Source of the DNA: Eledone cirrhosa
Lineage: Eukaryota
Length of the DNA stretch: 64,000 nucleotides
Reading direction: 5' to 3'
NCBI GenBank assembly: GCA_964016885.1
Contig: OZ024741.1
Location: forward strand, 357,988,001-358,052,000
Below are positions 44,601 through 56,900 of the stretch, in pieces; the stretch's first letter is position 1, and every line of letters starts with the position of its first letter. Below the pieces are notes generated by a model. The model was not told the origin of the DNA, searched no databases, and saw only the letters and a program-made list of their open reading frames with translations. Made by a program: the position numbers and the translations under genes.

Positions 44601-47600
44601 ATGTAGTGGGATCACAGGTAAGCTAACTAAGAATATAGATTTTATATGTGGGCGGTGCTCTGGTGCAATAAGTAGCAGCAAGTGCCAACAGAATACTAGC
44701 TCATTCCATTGCACAGATGGTTCTATAGAAATAGTGGACACCTGTTACTTGGGTGACAAAATCAGCAGTGGTGGAGGGTGCTCTGAAAGTACAGTAGCAA
44801 GAGCCAGAACGGGACGGAAAAAGTTCAGAGAGCTTATACCACTATTGGCCGCTAAAGGGTTCTCTCTAAAAATGAAAGGCAGGCTGTATGATGCCTGCAT
44901 ACGAACAGCAATGTTACATGGCAGTGAGACCTGGGAATTGTGTGCAGAGGATATACGCAGACTGGAGAAGAACGAAGCTTGCATGCTCCGCTGGATGTGT
45001 AATAGTAATATACGTGAACGGCAAAGCATAAACGAACTAAGGAAGAAATTAGGAATAAGAGGGATCAGATGCTGTTTACTCGAGAGAAGACTATGTTGGT
45101 ACGGTCACGTGATGCGCATGAAAGATGACAACTGTATAAAAAAGTGCAGCGCGATAAAAATAGACGGTAGCCACGGAGTAGGCAGACCCAGAAAAACCTG
45201 GGACGACTTGATAAATTCCGACCTTACACACTTACACCTCTCCAAGACAATGTCACTGGACCGAGATTTTTGGCGCTACACAGTAATACAGAAGACCCGC
45301 CTTGCCTAAGTACAAAGCAAAACCTACAGTCAGTAGGCACCTCTAACAAAAATACACCCCCGTCCCACTACCTCCACCCCATTCACACCACCCCTTCCTA
45401 TGTAAAATTATGTTGGTACCACAACATCCAGTCTGAAACAAATGAGGTCGTGTAGGTATCATGACAAAAAAACACACAGTCCACGCTGTAATGTGGCCGT
45501 GTAGGTAACACGGTAAAACCCTCCCAGTCCACACTGTAAACGTGGTTGGTGTTAGGAAGGGCATCCAGCCGTAGAAAACCCGCCAGACAGTCCTATACAA
45601 GCAAGACAACCAATCTTGCCTCAAGTGGGAAAATTCCCGTCCAAACCCATGCTAGCGTGGAAGATGGACGTTAAACGATTATGATGATGATGATGATATA
45701 TATTAATATTGGTGGCACACTAAATGCATCCAGTCCACTCAATAACATGGTTGCGCTGATGTCATGATAAAATGTACCTAGTACATGCTGTAGGGTGGTT
45801 GACATTAGGAAGGACATCCAGCCATAGAAACCATGCCAAAATATCTAGTCTCAGAATGTGACAACCTGCCAAACTCATGCCAGCATGGAAAACAAACGTA
45901 AAATATTGACCATGATTATAATTATATATTACAGCTTCAACTCACTTTCAATAAGATGTACAGCACCCTTAGTGAATAAATAACTCAATTGTGAGGCTTT
46001 TGTGTTACTAATTACTATATATATGTGTATGTGATGGTGCATGGCTTAGTGGTTAGAGCATTGGATCCACATTCGTGAGGTTGTGAGTTTGATTCCTGGA
46101 CAAGGCGATGCATTATATCCTTTATTTCATGTTGCTCCAGTTCACTCAGCTGTAGAAACGAGTTGCAATGTCTCAGGTGGTAAGCTATATTGACCTTTAC
46201 CTTGGACAGCATTTGCGGCATGGAGAAGGTAGGTGTGTATGCATGGGTGACTGCTGGTCTTCCACAAAAACAACTTGTCCAGACTTGTGCCTTGGAGAAC
46301 AACTTTCTAGGTACAAAACCCATGGTCATGGTCATATATATATATATCATCATCATCATTTTACGTCCGCTTTTCCCTGCTTGCAAGGGTGGGACGGAAC
46401 TGATTCTTGCTTGATTTCTACAGCTGGATGCCCTTCCTAACACTAACCTCATTTACAGTGAGTGGTGGGTGCTTTTTTTCCGTGGCGCATCCACAAACTC
46501 TTTGCAGTGGAATGATATGGACACCAGTCCAATCATCTCATTTCTACAGCTGAGTAAACTGTAGTTTCACGCTCTTGAGAGTGGGGTGGTGGTGGGGAAC
46601 GGCGTTTCGAGCATAAGCCCTTCTTCAAGCGAAAAGTGTGTGGGAAGAGAGTTCCAAGGGTGTGTAGGGGAGTGGTGGAGAGACATATAGAAAAAAGGGG
46701 GTGAGAGGAAACGGTACAAATGAAATTAAATATAAAAGCATAATAAAAATAAAAATAAACATGAAGTAAAACAAGTGGTGGAAGGGTGTGGGGCGTGTAG
46801 GGGTGGTGGCGGTGGAGTGGGGAGAGGGAGGCGGGGTGTCCGAGTGAAGAGGGCTGAAAGTGGTGTGTGTAGGTGTACGTGTGTGTCTGTATGTGAAAGT
46901 AAGAGTTGGGGGAAGAACGGGGTTGCATGTTCAGGAAAAGGTGTGTGTGCGTGTGTGGATGGGGAGGGGTCAGAGGATTCCGGAAGCTGAGTGTGTAAAT
47001 ATGTGGTGGTACGCACGTGTGTGTGGTGTTTATACGTGTTGTGGATGTAGGTGGCGTGTGGGAAAAATTTTTTTTTGAGTGTATGTCCTTGGGTGAGTTT
47101 CTAATGTAGTTCCGTAGAGGATGTGGTGGGATGCTGGGTAATTTCCTTGTGATGTAGTTGGTTCTTGGGAGCGATGTCCAATGTGTGTAATCCGTGGCTG
47201 GGTTGGTCGGAAGAGGGGAGATGTGGGGGTGCGCGCACAACAGGAAGTGGTCAGAGGGTCAAGGCAGGAGGAGGGTTGTGTGTCTGTGTGTGCGGAGAGG
47301 TGGTCAGAGATTTAGGGCATAGCAGGAGTCGGGGAGAATGGTAAGTGAAGAAAGTCGGTGTGTCAGGAGGTGCGGTGGACAGGGGAGAGGATGGGTAGGT
47401 GTGAAAGTAGGAGTGGGGAGGGGGTGTATTAGTAGAGGTGTTAGTGGGATGTGTGTGTGTGTGAGAAGAGGTGTGGGTGGAGCGGGGAGGGGGAGAGAAA
47501 AATGTGGGAGCCGGTAGAGGGAGTGTAGTGTACTGGTGTGTGTGTGGTGAAGTGGGTGTTAGTATACTGGTGGTGGGGAAAGGGTTGAATGCGAGTGTTA

Positions 47601-47876
47601 GTGGGAGTCAGTGGTGGTAGGGTGTGTAGAGTGGGTGGTGTAAGTGGGTGTGTGTGTTCGTGTGCGTGGGGTCAGGGTGCGGGTGTGAGGGTTAGTGGTG
47701 GTAGTAGGGTGTGTGGTTAGTGTGAGCGCGTGTATATATGTACCGGTGGGTGTGTGCGTGTGATAAGGGGAGGGGGGGGGGGAGAAGAAAGGAGGGATGT
47801 TAGTATTGTTAGTTGGGGAAGGGTGGTCGGGTGTGGGGTGGGGGTGTTAGTATTGTTAGTTGTGGGGTGGGCGGTG

Positions 47877-47931
<55 letters not shown>

Positions 47932-50900
47932 CAGAGAGAGATAATTGGTTAGCCCAAAATAGACTAAATGCAATGATATGATAAGAATGATAATATTAAT
48001 AATAAAAATGGTAATTTGCTTACCAAAAAGCTAATAGGTTTCGTTTATTTTCCTTCTCTTCATGCTTCATGGAAGCCACTAAAGCATAAGAAAATATGTA
48101 AATAGAAAAATAGTTAAATGAATATACACACTCACACCACATATGGCTTGCTGTATAATTTCAGGGCATGTAAACGTCTTCTTCGAAAACAAAATCTCTG
48201 AATTAAGATATCTTCGACAAGCAAAAACTTCATAGTAGAATACCTTTGAATCATCAATTTCAGACTTATTTCAGGTTCGGGTTTTTGCAACAAATCTTTT
48301 ATACAAAGAAGGTGTATGAAACCAACTTTTCGATGTTTTGATTTTCTGAGTAAAATACTTTTGAAGTGAATGCATGAAGATTTGTTTTAGAAGATAAGTC
48401 CGTAAATCAACTTCTATAGATCAAGAAGCTCAAGAAAGAATTTCTTCCTCATGAACCTGTACTTTATCATCATCATCGACTTTTCCATGGTGGCATGGGT
48501 TGGACGAGGCTTTTTGAGGCAATGTTTTACACATGGATGCCCCTCCAGACACCAACCCTTTTAGCTACTGCTTAAGACAGACAGAGATATAGAATACCTA
48601 TTTTAAACTGTATGCACACAACTCCTTATAATAAAAAATTACATCAGCTTCTCTTCCTGGCATAAATCCAAATCACATTTCATTGATTTTCTCTTTCTTC
48701 CTTATCTTCTCTAACAGTCTTTCCAATAACAACATTCCATGCAACAACTTAATTGCTCTAAACAGGCCACATCCTGGAGGATCATCTTCCCTTTTGTACA
48801 AAGGAATGAGTATAGTCAACTCCCAATCCAGTGGATTATGGTCTGTTTTCATGATTAACACACAGTTCTCTGTCATTTTCTTCACACCCCAACTTTCTGC
48901 TGCTTTTAACATACCTCCCACAAATGCTCTTATCCCTCTAGTGCTCTTTCACGCTTAATACTTCATTAACTGCTTTCTTGGTTATCTTCACTGCTGATCC
49001 TAGAATTAGCTTGCTCTCTATGCTGCCATTCAAGTAATTCTTCAGATTCAACAATCTCTCTATATATTCCTTAATTCCATTCATGCCAATAAAAATTTAA
49101 CCAATATTATCCTTTAGATAAAAAATATATTTGTGTGTCCAGTGAACAATGAAAAAATGAGTGAAACTTGTTAAAAACGTGGCTTACAGGAACTCTGTGA
49201 ATCATTTTTCATTTTACGAGTGGAATTATCTGCTGGTAACAAGGCAGCAGAATCTTCACCATGCAATTGATCTGAAATATACAAATGGAAAAATAAGTGA
49301 GTACTATTTCTTGTCAAGAAATACGACTGGTAAGGATATCATCATCCTCATCACTGTTTTATATGTATTCTCCTTGCTTAGATGGGTTAGACAAATTGTT
49401 ACATTCGGAGACCGGCCAGATAACCATGTCTTGCTCATACATTCCATTTTGGTATCGTTTCTACAGCTGGATACTCTTCCTAATGCCAGCCACTCTATAT
49501 CTGTTACTGGGTACATTTTAACATGGCATCAGCACTACCAACTTATAAGGTATTAAAAATAGAAGTTACGAAAACGATGCTTTGGAAATTAATCTATTCT
49601 GGGGTGTATGCATGTAAAAAATACATGTATACAACATGGCCAAATAACTAAGGAGTTTGCAACCATAAGATCTCAGGTTCAATCCTATTACATGTTTGGG
49701 CAAGCAAGTGTCATTTGCCATGGTCTCAGGTTCACCCAGATCTCATGAGTGAAACTGGGTAGATAGAAACTGTCTGGAAGCCTGTCAGATGGACTTACAC
49801 TTGAAAGTCAAAGGGCCAGCCTTGTCACACAATGTGTCATGCGGAATCTCCCTGAAAATTATATTAAGGGCACATGTTTTTGTAGAATTTTCAACCATGT
49901 ACATGTTAGTTAATTCATAAGCTGGATGTTCAATTGATTAAACTGAATGCTCATCATGAATAATGGAGGAGGATCAATTATATTGAAAGCTAATTGTAAC
50001 TCATAGGTATTGTTTTCTATTTAACAATATGATCATGACAGAGTTACTGTATATGCTCATATATAAGACAAGAAATAAAAAAATAAAACAATGAATGGTA
50101 AAATATTCGAGGTCAATATTTTGCCGATTTTCACCAACTTCAAAATTCTATGTAAATGAGGTGCTTAAATATTTCCACTTAGAGGTGAATGTTTCACTGG
50201 TTTCACTTTGGAAGTGAATATTGAACCGGTTTCAAATTCGTATTTTCTATTGTTTTTGATGTTTTGAATGAATATGGCCTTCAAAACCGTCAGAAATTGG
50301 TAAAATACCATTACGTAATGGAGTTGTGAAACAAAAACTATCCTCTAAACCAATGCATCTCAACCTTTTCTTCTTTGTGGCTAATTTTTAGTGTAAAACA
50401 ATTTCAGGCTCATATAAGCACAAATAGAAATTCGATGTAACAGGAAACACATCTACAAAAGCAATATGTAATAGAAAATATAAATCCTGACATTGCTCCT
50501 GGTGTCTATCATCATCATCATCATCATCATCATTTTACGTCTGCTTTTTCCTTGCTTGCAAGGGTGGGACGGGAACTGATTCTGGCTTGATTTCTACAGC
50601 TGGATGCCCTTCCTAATACCAACCTCATTTACAGTGAGTGTTGGGTGCTTTTTTGCCGTGGCACCTCCACGACCACTTTGCAGTGGAATGATAGGGACCC
50701 CAGTCCCTATCATCTCATTTCTACAGCTGAGTAAACTGGAGCAATGTGAAATAAAGCGTCTTGCTCAAAGAAACAACACATCACCTGGTCTGAGAATTGA
50801 ACTTTCGATTGCAAGGCCAATGCTCTAACCACTAAGCCAACACAAATTGGAATAAACTGTAGGGGGGACATAAGTTTTTGTTATACTTTTCTTTTTTTAA

Positions 50901-53900
50901 TCCATATTTAATAAACGGTAACCTAGCTTGAAGTAGTATCAAGAAGACAAAATTAAGTAAACTTTGTACTTAACAAAAACGTACAGTCAGGATTATATCA
51001 AAAGCCCCAGAGGCTCCCACTCTCAGCCATTAATGCTTATAATAAAATAATAAAATACTAAACATTTATGAGATAAATATGGTTGCTCATTTGAGACTAA
51101 TGTTCAAAGTCTACATCAAAATGTGTTAAAAAAATTTATAAAAAGGATGGTGCCTCAGCCGGATGGCTGTAACAGGTAAAAAAGAAAAGAATATTCACAA
51201 ATATTCAAAGCATTCTAGAGCATCATTCAAATATAATAGTTAGGCCATAACAAAATTTAATAAATTCAGTCATTCCTATCATGGACCAATTGTCTGGAAT
51301 CATTTTGAAATAAATAATAAAATTATTGTGTACAGTGCTCAGGTGCACTACAACTCGTCAAAGGTGCATGTATAGTACATAGAATAATATACAAATGTCA
51401 GGGAAGTGAATAGTGTATCATCATCATCATCAACGTTTAACGTCCGTGTTCCACTCTTGCATGGGTTTGGACGGGGGTATTCCCACTTGAGGCAAGAGTG
51501 ATTGTCTTGCTCGCATAGGACTGTCTGGTAGGTTTTCTACAGTTGGATGCCCTTCCTAACACCAACCACATTTACAGTATGGGTCTGGGAGGTTTTTACC
51601 GTGTTGCCTACACGGTCACATTACAGCGTGAACTGTGTGTTTTTTTGTCGTGACACCTACACGATCTCATTTGTTTCGGCCTGGATGGTGTGGCACCAAC
51701 ATAACTTTACATAGGAGGGGGTGGTGTGGATGGGGTGGGGGTGGTGGGACGGGGGTGTATTTTGTTAGAGATGCCTACTGGCTGTAGTAGGTTTTACTAT
51801 GTATTTAGGTAAGGCGGGTCTTCTCTATTACTGAGTACCGCCAAAGGTCTCGGTCCAGTGACATTGTCTTGGAGAGGTGTAAGTGTGTGAGGTCGGAGTT
51901 TATCAGCTCGTCCCAGGTTTTTCTAGGTCTGCCTATTCCGTGGCTACCGTCTATCTTTATTGCCCTGCACTTTGTTATACAGCTATCGACTTTCATGCGC
52001 ATCACGTGTCCATACCAACGTAGCCTTCTCTCGAGTAAACAACATCTGATCCCTCTTATTTTTAATTTTTTCCTTAGTTTGTTTATGCTTTGCCGTTCAC
52101 GTATATTACTATTACACATCCAGCGGAGCATGCAAGCTTCGTTCCTCTCTAGTCTGCGTATATCCTCTGCACACAATGCCCAGGTCTCACTGCCATGCAA
52201 CATTGCTGTTCGTATGCAGGCATCATACAACCTGCCTTTCATTTTTAGGGAGAACCCTTTAGCGGCTAATAGTGGTATAAGCTCTCTGAACTTTTTCCAT
52301 CCAGTTCTGACTCTAGCTACTGTACTTTCAGAGCACCCTCCCCCACTGCTGATTTTGTCACCCAGGTAACTGAAGCTGTTCACTATTTCTATAGAGCCCT
52401 CTGTGCAGTTGTAAGAGCTAGTATTTTGTGGGCACTTGCTGCTACTTATTGCACCAGAGCACCGCCTACATGTAAAATCTATGTTCTTAGTTAGCTTACC
52501 TGTGATCCCACTACATCTTTTATGCACCCATACTTTGCATTTGGGACATAAAATGGAGTTTCTACCTACGCCTTTCCTACACACTGAGCATGGCCATTTC
52601 CCTGAAGGGACCACCGCCTTATTTTCTTTCCTACAAACTAGAACTTTAGTCTTAGCCAGGTTAATTTTAAGGTTTTTTTGATTCTAGGCCGTGCTTCCAT
52701 GTTTGGAATTTCTTCTCGAGCTCGGCCATTGATTCAGCTATGAGTGTCAGGTCGTCTGCGTATAGGAGTTCCCATGGGCAGCCGGTCTTGAACTCCTCTG
52801 TTATAGCCTGAAGGGCAATAATAATTAAGTAGGGGGCTGAGAACAGAGCCCTGATGGACGCCAACTTTTACGCTAAACTCTTCACTATATTCGTTGTTAA
52901 TTCTAACCTTGCTGACTGTTTCTTTATACATGGCTTGTATAGCTCTCACAAGCCATTCATCGACACCTAGTTTTCTAAGGGCCCACCAGATAATGGAACG
53001 GGGGACTCTGTCGAAGGCTTTCTCCAAGTCGACAAAAGCTAAGTAGAGGGGTTTACCTTTAGCTAGGTACTTCTCCTGTAGTTGACGTACAATGAAAAGA
53101 GCGTCTGTGGTACTTTTGCCTGACACAAACCCGAACTGCATTTCATCTAGGTCAATTCTCTCTCTGATTAGTTGCGCTATTACTTTTTCCGTGACCTTCA
53201 TGACCTGGTCGATTAATTTAATGCCTATATAGTTACCCCTATCTAGGGCATCTCCTTTACCCTTGTAGCAGTTAATGATGATGGTGCTATGCCAGTCCTT
53301 CGGAACAACCCCATTCTGTATGACTTGGTTTACTATCCGGGTGACCATAGTGTGTCCTACTGTTCCAGATGCTTTCAGCATTTCAGCAACTATTTCCGAA
53401 GGCCCAGCCACCTTACCCGTCTTCATATCCTTGATTGCCTTACTTATTATACTACCCTCGACTAACACTGCTGGTCCCTCTATTGGGTAGATTTTGGGGA
53501 GACTGTCTTTCTCCCATTTATTCTCCTCATTTAGTAGCCTTTCATAGTGACACTTTCAAGCTACCTTCTTATCAGCGTCGGTGATGGCAAGTACGCCGTC
53601 ATCATTAAGTACACACTTCTCCCCGACAATATCACGGTTTTCCTTGACACATTGCCTAGCAATCCTGAACACCTCACGTTTTTGGTCCTCGCGTTGTAGA
53701 ACATGCTTGAACTTTCTTTCCTCTGATTCCCTTCTTGTGAAGTACACTTGTCTCCTAGCTTCACTCCTGGCCACTTGATAGTCTTCTCTACTTCCCCCAT
53801 CCCGCCATACTTTCCAAGCCTGCTTTTTGGCCTTAATTGACCCCTCCACCTTACTGTTCCACCACCATGTTACTCTCCTCCTGCCAACAGGCCTGCTCCA

Positions 53901-56900
53901 GCCACAGACTTCGTCTGTCGCCATCAGCAGGTTTGCTTTCAGAAATTCCTACTGTCCCTCTATATTGTCCGACTCTAAATACTCTTCCTTACTGTCGAAA
54001 GCATCAAGTAATATGCTTTGAAATTTATTTCTGGCTGTGGGGTCCTTTAGCTTCCATATTTTTCTCCTGAGGATAGTCCTCCTCTGTTGTCGAATACGTC
54101 TCGTCCTGACTATGAGGTTGCTGACTATGAGTCTATGTTGGGAGGTGCATTCTTCATGGGGGAGGGATTTAGTGTTTACAACAGACACTCTATCACGTCT
54201 TCTGGTAAGTATATAATCTAGCTGACTGGCGTGTTCCCCTGATCTATAGGTGATCAAGTGATTGTCTCGTTTTTTGAAGTTAGTGTTACACACAGTTAAG
54301 TTATTTGCGTCACAGAATTCCAGGATTCTGGAGCCTTCCTCATTTCTAGTACGAAACCCATAGCCTCCATGGATTTCGTCGTAGCCGTCACAATGTTGTC
54401 CAACGTGACCATTTAGGTCGCCTGCAATAATTATATAGTCACTGTCGGTTATTTGGGAGGTAGTGAGCATCAGTGTCTCATAGAATCTGTCTTTGATAGT
54501 GCCGGGCAGTCCGGATTGGGGTGCGTACGCCGATATTACTGTCACAGTAGTTCTATTGAGGACAAGTCTTATTTTAATTATTCTGTCGTTCACTCTATTT
54601 ACGTCTATTATCTTATCTGCCCACTTTTCTGCTACCATGATTCCTACTCCACCCAGCCCATCGTCGTTTCCCACCCAGAAAAGCTTATAACATCGTTTTT
54701 TACCCTCAATGAGCCTAGCAGACCCACCCCTCCACCTGGTCTCTTGAATACAACAAACATCGACCTCCTTACGTTCAAGCATTTCTACAACCTCGTTAGC
54801 GCGACCCTTTAAGGTGCCTACATTTATGGTACCAACTCTGAAGTTTTGGATTGCGTTTGGAGGGTGGGGGCGGTGGGGGGCGGGGGAAGATGGGGTTATG
54901 TTAGCCGTCCGCGGTCGAAACAAAGAGGAGTGCTCGCATTCTCGTCCACGAGGTGAATTTGTCTTTATCCTTTGTCGCTGAGCGTCCAAATTTTTCTCTC
55001 TCTTCCACTCTCCAGGATTCCGTAGTCCATCCATCCATCATATATCGAAAGGCAACCAGGCAAGCGATAGTATAGGCCTCTGGCTTATGATTGGTCCGCG
55101 TAATAACAATGGTGGTGCGTGCAGGCGGGAGGGAGGGGTGTTGGGTAGCTAGCTAGAAGGTAATGATTGAATGAGGTCCTCGTATTTAACAAGCGATTAA
55201 CAAAAATACAAGATTTGTTCTGTTCAATACGACAAAAACTCTCGTATTTAACAAGTAATAACAAAAAATACAGATTTGTTTTAGGAATACGGCCGCTGCA
55301 TTTAGGATTTGGCAAGATTGGATGTGTATGAGTCATGATATACATGTGTGTATGGAGGGGGAATATTAGATGTAGTGTTGGCGAATCACAGGAAGCATGG
55401 AGGTTTTAAAGGATGCAGTGTCTCGACAGCTAACAACTGATGCCGGGAGTTTGTTCCATGCTTCAGCATAAAAATAATTTCGTGGGTGTTTACCAAGTCA
55501 GTTGCCAGACGTCAGAGCTTCAATGTATCCATGCCCACCGAAGCAAGGCGTTCAGAGTATGCTAGATGCCTGATGGAGAGTATTCGCTTGGTTGCACGTC
55601 TCTGAATAGTTTCCAGGCGGTCAATGTTCTGAGCAAGATAGGGGTTCCAGAGTGGTGATGCAAATTCTAAGTGTGGCCACACCATAGCTATATACAGCTT
55701 TAAATAGATAGCTGGAGAGCGGCTGACAAAGGTCTTGCTGAGTGATGCTAAGACACCCTCGGCCTTCTTGACAATTTTAGAGACATGCTTTGTCCAACGC
55801 AAATCGCTGCTGACAGTAATGCCTGGGTCATGTTCATAAGAACACTTCTTGATATTAGTATTGTGGAGGGAGTATGTGGACGCTGGGTTTTTACTCCCAA
55901 AATGCATGGTGGTATACTTGTCCACTGCCAGCTTGAGTTGCCAGTCCGTGATCCATTGTTGCATTGAGTCCAGGTCAGATTGCAGGCAAGATCTATAGTG
56001 TTCAGGATCTGTCCTTTTTATCTCAAGGTACAGCTTGATGTTATCTGCATATTTCAGTACTGTGGCATTCTTTAAGTTGGCATCTATGTCATTAATATAT
56101 GCCACAAAAAAAGGGGGCCACGAACAGATCCTGTGGTACACCAGATGACATCTCATACGGTGAGGAATGCTGTCCTAGAACCGTGACTACCTCTCTTCGA
56201 CTGAGAATGAAGGACTTAAACTAGTTAAAAAGATCATCCTTCACACCTAGTGCAGAGAGTTTTGCCATAAGTCTTTTGTGTGGCACAGAATTGATAGTTT
56301 TAGCAAAGTCAAGGTAAACAACATCCACCCATGAGCCACTAGTAGTGATCCGGGTGATGTCTTCAAGAAACTCGTTAAGTTGATCACAGCAGCTGGAGAT
56401 AAATCCAAATTGTGAGGGCCGGATAAGACTGTGAGAGTTCCAGAAGTTCCAAAGTGTTTCTCCGACACAATGCAGCTAGTAAGACTGACTGGACGATAGT
56501 TCAGTTTGTATGTAAAGATGCAACCCTTCCAGATGTAAACAAATATATTAAAAAGATGCTGTTGTGTAATCAACAAAACCGTTTGTGGTAAAATCTACCA
56601 TTTTTAGGAACATTAAAAAATATTTCAAAATTTGTAAAAATAACTTTGCATAAAGCGTTCCTTTAACAGGCCGTTATGATTTTAATTATAGTTTTACTAT
56701 AATCCTTCTCTATTGCCTCAACGTTTTATCCTCTTCTTTTTCCTTTCTTTTATGCACCTTTCTTTTATATTTTAAATGTATACACGGCTAGTGAAATAAA
56801 TGTTGACAGAAAAAATATTTCCTACTGAAATCAGTGGGTTGTTTTGACAGTAAAAAATATGTATTATTAAGAAAGTTATGAGTAAACAAATTTAATGGCG

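Noticed and set aside
46533-47240. 235-aa Pro/His/Thr-rich ORF
   Set aside because: By-product of a C/A-rich low-complexity strand; no ATG start or convincing domain, and it runs into a SINE.
48068-48070. In-frame ATG in exon 2 as the main CLN3 start
   Set aside because: The upstream phase-compatible exon has better start context and gives the expected length; kept only as a possible alternative start.
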